Source of the DNA: Phycisphaera mikurensis NBRC 102666 | GTDB lineage: Bacteria; Planctomycetota; Phycisphaerae; Phycisphaerales; Phycisphaeraceae | Assembly (NCBI RefSeq): GCF_000284115.1 | Contig: NC_017080.1 | Coordinates: forward strand, 840,001 to 872,000 | DNA length: 32,000 bases | Direction of reading: 5' to 3' | Shown: positions 17,931-28,000 of the stretch, piece after piece | How positions within the stretch are numbered: position 1 is the first letter of the stretch | Layout of the letters: each line of letters begins with the position of its first letter | Program-made: the position numbers and the translations under genes | The notes under the pieces: model-generated | The model's database searches: none | What the model was told of the DNA's origin: nothing | What the model saw: the letters and a program-made list of their open reading frames with translations, nothing else

Positions 17931-20900
17931 TTAGCCGCGCCAGGCGGCGCGTGCGTCGGCGACGGGCAGCGTGGTGCCGCCGAGGGTGATCCGGCCGTCG
18001 CGGGTCGTCACGCCCAAGCGGCGGACGCGGACGCCGGCGGCGTCGATCAGGTCGGCGTCGGCCTCGGCCACCTCCAGCACGTAGCGCGACGCCGCCTCGC
18101 CGAAGAGCGCGACGATCCCGCCGTCGGGCAGGTCGGCGCCGAGCCCGCGGTCACCGCCGGCGCCCAAGAGCATCTCGGCCACCGCGACCGCGACGCCGCC
18201 CTCGCTGGCGTCGTGCGCGGCCCGCACCCTGCCGGTCGCGATCGCGGCGGCGACGGCGAGCGCGACGCGGTGGCCGGCCTCGGGATCGCACGGGGGGATC
18301 GGGCCGAGCGTGTCGCCGGCGAGGTCGAGGGCCTCCGCGAGGTGCGTCCCGGCGAGCGGCGCGACCTCGGGTTCGGCGGCTTCGGGCTCCACCAGCAGCA
18401 GCACGTTCCCCGCTTCCTTCGCGTCCGTCGTGACGGCATGCCGCACGTCGGCCATCAGCGAGAGGGCGGTGACCAGCAGCGTCGGCGGGATCGCGATGAG
18501 CTCGCCGTCCTCGGTGGTGAACTGGTTGTGCAGCGAGTCCTTGCCCGAGACGAAGGGCGTGCCGTGGGCGATCGCGCCGTCGTGGCAGGCGACGGCGGCG
18601 CGGACGAGCGAGCCCATCGAGTCCGGATCGTCGCAGCTGGGCCAGCAGAAGTTGTCGAGGATCGCCGTGCGGCCGGGGTCGCCGCCGGTGCAGACGACGT
18701 TGCGGACGGCCTCGTCGATGGCGTGCAGGGTGGCGGTGTAGCTGTCGCCGCCGGGCGTCTTCTCGCTGTACCAGGGCGCCACCCCGCAGCCGATCGCGAA
18801 GCCGGCGTGCGCGTCCGGCTTCGCCCGGATGACCGCCGCGTCGCTGTGGCCCTCGCCGACGGGGCCGGTCAGCGGCTTCACGACGGTTCGCGCCTGCACC
18901 TCGTGGTCGTACTGGCGGACGGTGCGGTGCTTGCTGGCGATGTTGGGGTGGGCGAGCAGCTTCAGCAGCGTGTCGGTGGGGTCGACACCACGCAGCGCCG
19001 CGGCCTGCCGGTCCGCCGTGCCGGCGGGCGTCGTTGGCGGGGCGGTCCAGCTCGCCCCGCGGTTGATCGACGGCACGCCGTCGTGCAGCAGCGACATTGG
19101 CAGCTCGCCGACGGGCATGTCGCCCCAGGACAGGCGGAGCAGCGGAGCGTTTCCTTCGTCGAGCAGGCCGAACGCGCCGAGGTCCGACAACTCCACGCCC
19201 TCCTCGTCGGCGAGCGCTTGCAATGCAGCGACCTTCTCCGGCGGCACCGAGAGAACCATCCGCTCCTGCGCTTCGGAGATCCAGACCTCGACCGGCGACA
19301 TGCCGGCGTACTTCGTCGGGGCGTTGGAGAGGTCGACGTGGCAACCGACCTTCTCGCCCATCTCGCCGATGGCCGAGGAGAACCCGCCGGCGCCGCAGTC
19401 GGTGATGGCGGAGAACAGAGGTCCGCCTTCGGCATCTCTCGCCCGCAGCAAGAGGTCCCGCACCTGCTTCTGCGTGATGGGGTTGCCGATCTGCACGGCG
19501 TGGCCGAACTCCTCGGCGTGGGTGTCGGTCAGCTCGGCGGAGCTGAACGTGGCCCCGTGAATGCCGTCGCGGCCGGTGCGGCCGCCCAGGGCGACGATGC
19601 GGTCGCCGGGCTGGACGGCACCGAAGCACTTGTCCAGCGGGATGAGCCCGACGCAGCCGGCGAAGACCAAGGGGTTCGCGACATAGTCGCGGTGGAAGAG
19701 CACCGCGCCGTTGATGGTGGGGATGCCCATCCGGTTGCCGTAGTCGCGGACGCCGGCGGTGATCCGCTCCAAGGTGCGGGCGGGAGCGATGACCCCGGCG
19801 GGCAGCTCGGCCGCGGGGGTGTCGCCGGGAGCCACGGCAAACACATCGGTGTTGCAGAGGGGGTCGGCCACGAGGCCGGTGCCCAGGATGTCGCGGATGC
19901 AGCCGCCGATGCCGGTGGCGGCGCCGCCGTAGGGCTCGATGGCCGAGGGGTGGTTGTGGGTCTCGACCTTGATCGCCACGCCGTGCTGCTCGTCGAGCTT
20001 CACGATGCCGGCGTTGTCGTCGAAGACGCTGACGAGGAAGCCGTCGTCGCGACGCTCGCGGAGGGTGAAGGTGGCCGCGGCGACGGTGCGCTTCAGGAGG
20101 TTGTCGATCTCGATCTCCCCGTCCGCCGTGCGGGAGAAGCCAGCGCGCTCGGCGTCGTCCCGCCCGGAGGAGCCGAAGGCTGCACCGGCGTAGGTCACGC
20201 GGCTCTTGAGCGTCTTGTGGACGCAGTGCTCGCTCCAGGTCTGCGCGATCGTCTCGAGCTCGATGGCCGAGGGCTCGCGGCCGATCCGCTCGAAGTGATG
20301 CTGCACCGCCGCCATCTCCGGGCCGGAGAGGAACAGGTGCGCCGAGCGGGACAGCGTCGCCAGGGCGCCGGCGTCGAGGCCGCGCAGGGGGACTTCGGGG
20401 CGGTCGGGGGCCCGGCCGCCGGGGTGGGCGAAGGCGGCGGGGTGCAGCGGGCGGGTGTGGATCTCCTGCACCACCGGGTTGCCCAGGTGGGCCGCGGCGA
20501 AGGCGGACCAGGCCGCGGGGGGCGGCGCCTCGCCGCGGAAGTCGAAGTCGTAGCGGACGCCGGTGCGGACGCCCGGCGGCTCGCGGAGGCCCAGGAGCGC
20601 GGCGGCCGCCCCGGCGGTGGAGCGTGCGGTGGGGTCCATCACCCCCGGCTTGAAGTGGACCTCCAGCGTGGCGGCTCCGCCGGCGTCGGCCGCGCCCGGC
20701 ACGGCGTGCTCGACCACCGGGTCGGCCAGCAGCCCGCGGGCGAGGCGCTCGAGCGGCTCGTCCGCGAGCTCCGCTTCCAGCAGGTACACCGCCGCGGAGC
20801 GACCGCCGACGATGCCGGCGGCGGGGAACGCGGCCGCCGCGACCCGCCACGCGGCCTCCGCCCGCGGGTCGGGCTCACCACCCGCGGGCCAGACCTCCAC

Positions 20901-20975
20901 GCGGTGGATCCGCGGGAACGCCGCCGGGGCGTCCGCGTCGGCCGGAGGGGGCAGGAGGCCGGAGGAGTCGCTCAT
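17931..20975 (-). CDS. purL: Phosphoribosylformylglycinamidine synthase, PurL with PurS-like N-terminal region
   Basis: MSDSSGLL... start at 20975, 1014 aa. SEHCVHKTLKSRVTY, KVETHNHPSAIEPYGGAATGIGGCIRDILG, GSALGE-type C-terminal domain region ending in GRITLGG. N-terminal LEVHFKPGVMDPTARSTAGAAAALLG is PurS-like. Confidence 0.95.
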   Translation of the reverse strand: MSDSSGLLPPPADADAPAAFPRIHRVEVWPAGGEPDPRAEAAWRVAAAAFPAAGIVGGRSAAVYLLEAELADEPLERLARGLLADPVVEHAVPGAADAGGAATLEVHFKPGVMDPTARSTAGAAAALLGLREPPGVRTGVRYDFDFRGEAPPPAAWSAFAAAHLGNPVVQEIHTRPLHPAAFAHPGGRAPDRPEVPLRGLDAGALATLSRSAHLFLSGPEMAAVQHHFERIGREPSAIELETIAQTWSEHCVHKTLKSRVTYAGAAFGSSGRDDAERAGFSRTADGEIEIDNLLKRTVAAATFTLRERRDDGFLVSVFDDNAGIVKLDEQHGVAIKVETHNHPSAIEPYGGAATGIGGCIRDILGTGLVADPLCNTDVFAVAPGDTPAAELPAGVIAPARTLERITAGVRDYGNRMGIPTINGAVLFHRDYVANPLVFAGCVGLIPLDKCFGAVQPGDRIVALGGRTGRDGIHGATFSSAELTDTHAEEFGHAVQIGNPITQKQVRDLLLRARDAEGGPLFSAITDCGAGGFSSAIGEMGEKVGCHVDLSNAPTKYAGMSPVEVWISEAQERMVLSVPPEKVAALQALADEEGVELSDLGAFGLLDEGNAPLLRLSWGDMPVGELPMSLLHDGVPSINRGASWTAPPTTPAGTADRQAAALRGVDPTDTLLKLLAHPNIASKHRTVRQYDHEVQARTVVKPLTGPVGEGHSDAAVIRAKPDAHAGFAIGCGVAPWYSEKTPGGDSYTATLHAIDEAVRNVVCTGGDPGRTAILDNFCWPSCDDPDSMGSLVRAAVACHDGAIAHGTPFVSGKDSLHNQFTTEDGELIAIPPTLLVTALSLMADVRHAVTTDAKEAGNVLLLVEPEAAEPEVAPLAGTHLAEALDLAGDTLGPIPPCDPEAGHRVALAVAAAIATGRVRAAHDASEGGVAVAVAEMLLGAGGDRGLGADLPDGGIVALFGEAASRYVLEVAEADADLIDAAGVRVRRLGVTTRDGRITLGGTTLPVADARAAWRG

Positions 20976-21050
20976 CGCCGGAGGGTAAAGTGGCACCGCC
21001 AGCGAGCCGATCCGGCGGCCGCCGGCGGGCACCCCGGAGCCAGACCCCCG

Positions 21051-21419
21051 ATGCGGCCTTCACGTGCGATGCAGCCAAGCAGCGGCCTGGGCCGCGTCGA
21101 CGAGGCCCTCCTGGAGGGCAAAGCCTGGTGGTGCCCCTGGCTGGCGATCTTCTCCGCCTGCGCGGCGGCGTCGGTCACGCTCTTTGTCCCGGCGATCCGG
21201 TCGCCGTGGATCCTCGCGGTGTTCCCGCCGCTGCTCGTCGGCGCGGTGGGCGGCTGGCGCGGCGTCTTCCACGGGAATGCCCCGCAGAAGGTCGCCAGCG
21301 TCTTGGGCATCTTGATGATCCTCGGGCTCTCCGCCGTCCTCGTGCAGGCCTTCTTCGCGGTGGAGCTGGGCCAGGGCATCTCGTCCGCCACGTCGACCAC
21401 CGGCATCACGGACTACTGA
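21051..21419 (+). CDS. Small membrane protein with two predicted TMs
   Basis: MRPSRAMQPSSGLGRVDEALLEGKAWWCPWLAIFSACAAASVTLFV...WILAVFPPLLVGAVGGWRGVFHGNAPQKVASVLGILMILGLSAVLVQAFF; the in-frame track ORF is extended upstream antisense to purL. Confidence 0.72.
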   Translation: MRPSRAMQPSSGLGRVDEALLEGKAWWCPWLAIFSACAAASVTLFVPAIRSPWILAVFPPLLVGAVGGWRGVFHGNAPQKVASVLGILMILGLSAVLVQAFFAVELGQGISSATSTTGITDY

Positions 21420-21551
21420 GCGGCGGTCCGACGCCGGTCCAACGCCGGTTCAGCGTCGACCGCGCCGGGCCGCGGAGGCGAGCGAACCCCCGGCCGCGGC
21501 CGGAGGTACGATCCCGACGCCCCCGGCCGTAGGCGGCAGCTTGTTCCCCGC

Positions 21552-22625
21552 GTGATTGATCGCGTCATGTTTCTTCCTTCCGGACGCCGTCGGCTTCGCT
21601 TCCCCCATCCCGCTCGCAGCGCCGCCGCGGCGCTCGCGGTCGCCGCGGCGTTCCTGCTGCTGCCCGGCTGCGCCGCCGGCGGCGGCAGCGGCGGCGGCGG
21701 GGTCGCGCCCGCCGGCCGCGCCGCCCCGCCCGAGGCGGTGGCCCGGGCCGACCGCCACGTGGGCGTGGCCGAGACGCTGGCCGAGGAGGGCAAGCTCGAC
21801 GCGGCCCTCGCCGAGTTCGGCGCCGCGCTCGAGGACAACCCTCTCATGGTCGAGGCGCACCTGGGCATGGGCGGCGTCTACCACGAGATGGACGAGCCCC
21901 AGCAGGCGGCGCGGGCGTACGAGCGTGCCGCCGCCATCGACCCCGACAACGCCGAGGCCCGCTACCGCGAGGGGCTGATGCGGCAGGTGCTCGGCGAGCT
22001 GCCCCGTGCCATCGGCCTCTACCTCGAGGCCCTCGCGATCGAGCCGGACAAGCCCGAGGCCAACCGCGACCTCGCCTCGGCCTACGTCCAGGCGGACCGG
22101 CCGGATTACGCGCTGCCCTACGCCGAGCGGGCGGTCGAGCTTTCGCCCGACGAGCAGGCCGCCTGGGCGAACCTCGCCGCGGTGCAAAACCTCCTCGGAA
22201 ACCACCCCGAGGCGCTGGGGTCCTACCGCACCGCGACCGAGCTCGGCCCGCTCGATGACCGCGTGCTGCTGGGACTCGCGAGCACGCACCTGAAGCTGGG
22301 CAACTTCCAGCGGGCCAGCAACACGCTGCAATCGGTCGTGCGGACCCGCCCGTCGGCGACCGCGTACGAGCGGCTGGGCTACGCCGAGTTCAAGCGCCGC
22401 AATTTCTCGGACGCGCTGGAGCACTACCGCGCCGCGCTCGCCCTCGACGGCAACGAAATCGGCGCCCTCAACGGCCTCGGGGCGGTGCTGGTGACGTACT
22501 ACATCCAGGGCGGTCGCAACGAGCGGGAGCAGATCGACGAGGCCATGGAGGCGTGGCGGCACTCGATCCGGCTGCGCCCGCAGCAGAGCGCGATCGTGGA
22601 CCTCTTGGCTCGCTACCGCCGCTGA
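21552..22625 (+). CDS. TPR-repeat lipoprotein
   Basis: 357 aa; signal peptide with lipobox (AAAFLLLPGCAAGG) followed by tandem TPR helices (EAHLGMGGVYHEMDEPQQAARAYERAAAIDPDNAEARYREG...). An alternative ATG lies at 21567. Confidence 0.9.
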   Translation: MIDRVMFLPSGRRRLRFPHPARSAAAALAVAAAFLLLPGCAAGGGSGGGGVAPAGRAAPPEAVARADRHVGVAETLAEEGKLDAALAEFGAALEDNPLMVEAHLGMGGVYHEMDEPQQAARAYERAAAIDPDNAEARYREGLMRQVLGELPRAIGLYLEALAIEPDKPEANRDLASAYVQADRPDYALPYAERAVELSPDEQAAWANLAAVQNLLGNHPEALGSYRTATELGPLDDRVLLGLASTHLKLGNFQRASNTLQSVVRTRPSATAYERLGYAEFKRRNFSDALEHYRAALALDGNEIGALNGLGAVLVTYYIQGGRNEREQIDEAMEAWRHSIRLRPQQSAIVDLLARYRR

Positions 22626-22727
22626 GGGACCCGCCGGGCGGCGCGGCAGGACGCGCGGGCTTCCGGGGCGGACGGTGCGGGGCCGCGGCGGTCGCGTGCG
22701 CGGGCTCGCGGCGGCGAGCCGGCTGCC

Positions 22728-22761
22728 GACGCCGCGGGTCGGATCCAGATCCGGCGGCGTC
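22728..22761. promoter_or_regulatory. Strong intergenic hairpin (terminator, attenuator or processing site)
   Basis: GACGCCGC-GGGT-CGGATC-CA-GATCCG-GCGGCGTC: 8-bp plus 6-bp nested stems with a 4-nt one-sided bulge, about 100 nt after the TPR gene stop. Confidence 0.45.
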
Positions 22762-22913
22762 AAGGCCGGGTGGCGGAGGCCCGTCGCTCGGGCATCGGGG
22801 GACTCCTCACGCGTGGAAATGTCGTCACAGCCGTTAATCGGGCGGGCGGATCGGCCGATGGCCGCGGCAGCGGTTGCGGGGGTCCGCACGCCGTCCCGCC
22901 CCTCACCGACGCG

Positions 22914-24992
22914 ATGCAAGCACGAACCTCCACCGCTCCTCGGACCGCCCGCCGCCGCACCCCGTTGATCGCCCGCAGGCGTGCCCTCGCGGCCGGCGCG
23001 GTCGCGGCCTCCCTGGTGGCCGCGGGCGGCTGCCGCTCGCCGCTGGACGAGGCCCGCCGGGCGTCGATCGACTTCCGCCACGACCTGCTCCGCGACTTCC
23101 GCGAGCAGGTCGAGGCCTCGGTCATCGCCCCCGACGCGGAGCAGTCCGCCTTCGCCGACCGGCTGGCCGAAGCCTCCATCCCCGACCCGCTCGAGGACCC
23201 GGCCGTGTGGTGGTCCGCCGCCTCGCGGGACGCCGTCTTCGGCGACGGGGCCACCCTCGAGGCCTCGCTCGACGACCTGCTCAAAGCGACGCTGGTCCAC
23301 TCCAGCCAGGTGAAGGTCTTCAGCGACCTGCCGCTGATCCGCCGAACCGCCGTCGCCGAGGCCGAGGGCCGCTTCACCCCCCGCTTCTTCGCGGAGGGCC
23401 GCTACGACAACACCAACGAGCCGGTGGGCAGCACGCTGCAGACCGGCGGACCCGACCGCTTCAAGGAAGAGGAGATCCTCGGCGAGATCGGCCTCCGCAA
23501 GCGGACCCGCAGCGGCGCCGACGTGACGCTCTCCGAGCGGCTCTCGTACACCGACAACAACTCGGTGTTCTTCGTGCCCAACCCACAGAGCCGGGCCCAG
23601 CTCGCGCTCTCGGTCGTGCAGCCGCTGCTCCGCGGGGCCGGCACGGGCTACAACACCTCCATCCTGGAAATCGCGGAGATCGACTCCGAGGCGGCCCGCG
23701 AGGAGTTCGTCCGCCAGGCCAGCTTCCACCTGATGGAGGTGACCCGGGCGTACTGGAACCTCTACCTCGTGCGCAGCCGGCACCTGCAGGACCAGCGGCT
23801 CTTCGAGGCGACGCAGTCGCTCGTCGACAAGGCCGAGGCCCGGGCCGGCCTCGACACGCCCGGCGAGGTGCTGCTGCGTTCACGCTCGGCGCTCAACGAG
23901 CGACGCAGCGGCCTGATCCGCAGCAAGGCCGCGATCCGCAACGCCGAGGACCGCATCAAGAGCCTCGTGAACGACCCCGAGCTCATCGGCGGCGGGCGTG
24001 AGCTGGTGCTCGGCGACCTGCCGACCGCCTTCCCCGAAGCGCCGAAGCTGGTGCCCACCGCCGAGGCCGCGCTCCTGCACCGCCCGGAGGTCAACCAGGC
24101 CTTCCTGCAGTGGCGGGCCGCCGCGGTCCGCTCGGGCATCGCGCAGAACGAGACGCTGCCGCAGCTGGACGCCATCGCCGAGGTGGCGACCTCGGGCCTG
24201 CGGGAGGGCGGCGAAACGGGCGAGGCGATCGACGACCAGTTCAACAGCGACCTCTCCTTCACGCTGGGCCTCCGCTTCGAGACGCCGATCGGCAGAAGCG
24301 AGCGGGACGCCCGCGCCCTCCGCCGCCGCCTGGAGCTCCGCAGCCAGGGCAACCAGGTGAAGGTGACCATCGAGACGGTGCTGCTGGAGGTCAAGGTCGG
24401 CGTCCGCGAGGTGCGGACGGCGTACGAGGACCTGGTCAGCCGGCACGGCACCCTGCTCGCCACCCGCGAGGACACCCGGATCCTGCAGGAGCGTTGGGAC
24501 GGCGGCCTGGACACCTCCGGCCTCGGCGGCGTCACGTACCTGAACCTCCTGCTCGACGCTCAGGTGCGGCAGAACGCCGCCGAGCGGGCCTACGCCGAGG
24601 CGCAGGCGACCTACCGCGTCGCCCTCGCCGGGCTGGAGCGGGTGAAGGGCACGATGCTGCGGTACCGCGGCATCGAGGCGGTCGAGGGAGAAGCCGCCGA
24701 CGGCCTGCCCGAGCTGCGCCTGGAGCCGAGCGTCGGCGAGCCGCTGGCGGCCGACGCTTGGCCGCGGACCGCGGGGCCCGCGGCCGCGGCGGCCGCGCCG
24801 TCCGCGGAGGAGCCGGCCGCGCCGCCCGCGGAGCCGGCGTCCGGGCCCGCGGGGGAGGCCGCGCCGGTCGCGGCCCGCCGGCCGGCGCCGCTGCTGGACG
24901 CCGGCGAGGACGCGCCGATCGACCACGAGAGATGGCTGGCCGAGCTCGAGGAGCTCAACGCCCTCTCCACGGCGCTCACGAACCCCTGGTGA
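22914..24992 (+). CDS. TolC-family outer-membrane efflux/secretion lipoprotein
   Basis: Start MQARTSTAPRTARRRTPLIARRRALAAGAVAASLVAAGGCRSPLDEARR. Body has TolC features (TLSERLSYTDNNSVFFVPNPQSRAQLALSVVQPLLRGAGTGYNTSILEIAEIDSEAAREEFVRQASFHLMEVTRAYWNLYLVRSRHL; EVREVRTAYEDLVSRHGTLLATREDTRILQERWDGG). Confidence 0.88.
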   Translation: MQARTSTAPRTARRRTPLIARRRALAAGAVAASLVAAGGCRSPLDEARRASIDFRHDLLRDFREQVEASVIAPDAEQSAFADRLAEASIPDPLEDPAVWWSAASRDAVFGDGATLEASLDDLLKATLVHSSQVKVFSDLPLIRRTAVAEAEGRFTPRFFAEGRYDNTNEPVGSTLQTGGPDRFKEEEILGEIGLRKRTRSGADVTLSERLSYTDNNSVFFVPNPQSRAQLALSVVQPLLRGAGTGYNTSILEIAEIDSEAAREEFVRQASFHLMEVTRAYWNLYLVRSRHLQDQRLFEATQSLVDKAEARAGLDTPGEVLLRSRSALNERRSGLIRSKAAIRNAEDRIKSLVNDPELIGGGRELVLGDLPTAFPEAPKLVPTAEAALLHRPEVNQAFLQWRAAAVRSGIAQNETLPQLDAIAEVATSGLREGGETGEAIDDQFNSDLSFTLGLRFETPIGRSERDARALRRRLELRSQGNQVKVTIETVLLEVKVGVREVRTAYEDLVSRHGTLLATREDTRILQERWDGGLDTSGLGGVTYLNLLLDAQVRQNAAERAYAEAQATYRVALAGLERVKGTMLRYRGIEAVEGEAADGLPELRLEPSVGEPLAADAWPRTAGPAAAAAAPSAEEPAAPPAEPASGPAGEAAPVAARRPAPLLDAGEDAPIDHERWLAELEELNALSTALTNPW
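24762..24807. repeat. Dispersed 46-bp inverted repeat, copy G (one mismatch)
   Basis: CCGCGGACCG (24762-24771), N26, CCGTCCGCGG (24798-24807); inside the Ala/Pro-rich C-terminal extension of the TolC-like gene. Confidence 0.6.
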
Positions 24993-25095
24993 CCCGCGTG
25001 CCGCCCGCCGCTGCCCGCGGCTCCGCGGCACCCCCGACCCGCACGACGCCCGGCTCCTCCGCCGGCTCCCGCTCTCTCTTTCCACCCGCTCCGCC

Positions 25096-28000
25096 ATGCC
25101 CGAGCCACGCCCCTCCGCCAAGCCCGCCCGCCGCGGCCCCCGCTACTCCACCCTGGAGCCGCGGCTGCTGATGGACGCGAACCCGGTGGCCGCCGGGGCG
25201 CCGCCGGAAGAGGTGCAGCTCGGGGAGGACTTCAGCTTCGAGCTGTCGTTCCAGAACGACGAGCTCGCCGGCGGAGAGACCGGCTTCGGCCCCTTCATCG
25301 ACCTGATCTTCCCGACCGCGGGCGAGGACGGCGCCGGCGCGAACGGCAACGCCGCCGATCCCGCCGACGACGACGGGATCACCTTCAACTCCGCCTCGTA
25401 CCTGGGCTCGGCGGTCGACGCCGAGACCTTCGTCTTCGAGGACACCAACGGCGACGGCACCGGCACGATCCTGCACCCCCACGCCGTCGACGCCAGCGGC
25501 GACCCGCTGGAGGTCACCGGCAACGCCGGCGACACGCTGGTGGTGCTCACGCTGCCCTTCGGCTCGTACACGCCCGAGCAGCCGGCGGCGAACGTTCAGA
25601 TCAACGCGACGCTCTCCGGCGACGCCGACCTGGGCACGCCGCTGCAGATCCAGACCCGGGCCGGCTTCGGCTTCGGCGCCGACGCCGCCGACAACCCCGC
25701 CACCGACCCCTCCATCGTCGGCGAGAACGGCACCGGGGCGTTCACCGCTTACGGCGTCACGCCGACGCTGCTCTCGCTGGACAAGGTCTACAACGGCCCC
25801 GAGGGCGAGACCGCCACCGGCCCGAACTTCGAGCGGAGCTACACCGTCACCGCCTCGATCGCGTCGGGCCAGACGCTCAGCGGCTTCTCCATCGAGGACG
25901 ATCTGCCCGACGGGGTCGTCCTCACCGGCGACTTCAGCGGCAGCTCGCTGGACGCCGACGGCAACGGGCCGACCGTGACGGTCGACACCTCCTCGGGCCG
26001 GCCGGTCGTCACCGCGTCCTGGGCGGGCGTGGTCAGCGGCGACGTGGCGTTCGTCTACGCCTTCGTGGCGCCCGAGCTCACCAACGGGACCCCGCTGATC
26101 GATCCCGACACCGGGGCCTCGGTCCGCGTCTCGGACCCCGACGCCGACTTCCGGCCCGGCAACGTCGACGCCACGGCCGAGGGCCTCTGGACGCCCGACG
26201 ACGCGCGGGACCGCACCGGCAGCCCGGTGTCGGCCACGGCGTCGGTGGAGGCGGCCGAGCCTTTCGACGCCAAGAGCCTCGCGGTGCAGAAGAGCGTCGG
26301 CGTGGTCGGCGGCGGGTCGGCGGTGCCGGGGGCCGTCCTCGAGTACACGATCGACTTCCAGATCAGCGACTTCTTCAGCTTCGACGACCTCCAGCTCGAG
26401 AGCGTGATCAGCGACGGCCAGCGGCTCAAGGCCGATGCCGCGCCCACCTTCAGCTTCACCGACCGCGACGGCACCGCCACGGGCGGCTTCACCGCCGGCG
26501 GCGGGACGTACTTCACGGTCGACACGAGCGACATCGACGGCGTGAACGACGGCAGCGGCGACACCGTGCTGACCTTCGACGTCTCGGGGGCGATGGACGC
26601 CGTGGGGGCCGCCGCCGACCACGACCGCGTGCTCCGCGGCGGCGAGTCGGGCGCCACCGGGGCCGCCGCGGCCACTGGCCGCGTCGTGTTCCGCACGGTC
26701 GTCCAGGACGCGTTCACCGACGACTTCTCCAGCGGCGACCCCTCCGTCGACCAGAACGACGGCCTCACCGCCACCGTGACCGCCACGGGCCGGGTGCTCG
26801 CCGAGGCCGACCTCTCGCCCACGGGCCACACCGCCTCGGACGGCAGCGGCGCTGGGGTGACGATCGCGAGCGCGGGCTTCACGAAGACGCTGTACGCGAT
26901 CAACGGGAACCCCGTCGGCGCGGGCGATCAGCTCATCTCCCCCGGCGACGAGGTCACCTACCGGCTCACCTACACCAGCCCGGCCACGGACTTCGAGGGC
27001 TTGGTCTTCACCGACTTCCTCCCCAAGCCGGTCTTCGACGCGGGCAGCCTCACCGGCCCCGGCAACGGCTTCACGAACGTGCTCAACGGCGACGGCGTGC
27101 CCGACGCCGGGCAGGCGGCCTACGGCCCCGCCGACGAGTACTTCGCGTTCGCGCAGTCCGACAACGCCAGCGGCGACGCGATCCGCGACCTGCCGATCCT
27201 CACCGAAGAGGGCGGCAACGCCTTCAACCTCGCCTTCGGCACCGCCGACGACCCCGGCAACACGCAGCGCGTCATCGACGTGCTCTTCACCGTCGAGGTC
27301 GGCACGGAGCCCTTCGCCGACGGCCTCAAGCTCACGAACCTGGCCCAGGCCAGCGAGTCCAACACCCAGGGCGGCAGCACGAGCGCCCCGGCGATCATCC
27401 AGATCCGCCTGGGCGAGCCCGACGTGCGCCTGATCACCGGCGTGGTGGCGGTCGGGGCGGGGGAGCCCGGGACGTTCTCCGGCGGCGCGGGCGGTCTTGG
27501 CGGCGCGAGCTTCGCCGCCGCGGGCACCGCCAGCGACGACGACGCCGGCACCACCGCCGACGCGGCCTTCACCGGCGCGGTCACCTCCGCCTCGCTGGAG
27601 GCCGACCCGATCGACAACGACCTCTCCGGCGTCGACGCCGGCGACGTCGTGCGCTTCGCCACCGTCATCGAGAACACGGGCTCGTCCCCGAAGGGCGCCT
27701 ACGACGTCGCCTTCGCCGCCGTCGCCCCGCGCGGCTTCGACCCGGCGACGATCCAGAACCTGCAGGTGACCCGCGGCGACGGCACCGAGCTCACCCTCGG
27801 CACCGACTACGTGCTCCGCGGGTCGGGCTTGCTGGATTTGGGCATCGAGCTCGTCGACACCGGCGGCACCACCCGCGGCGCCCTGGCCGCCGGCGACGCC
27901 ACCGACGGCAGCAACCTCGTCGTGGTCACCTACGACCTCACCGCCAGCGGCCCGGCGACCGGCGAGGCGGACAACGGCCCGGCGGAGGCGGGCTCGGGGG

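Noticed and set aside
20909-20922. GATCCGCGGGAACG, a left-arm-like word in purL
   Set aside because: Two mismatches and no right arm 26 nt downstream.
17850-21050. Upstream part of the 1189-aa plus-strand ORF (17850..21419)
   Set aside because: Antisense to purL; only the last 122 residues, from ATG 21051, look like a real protein.
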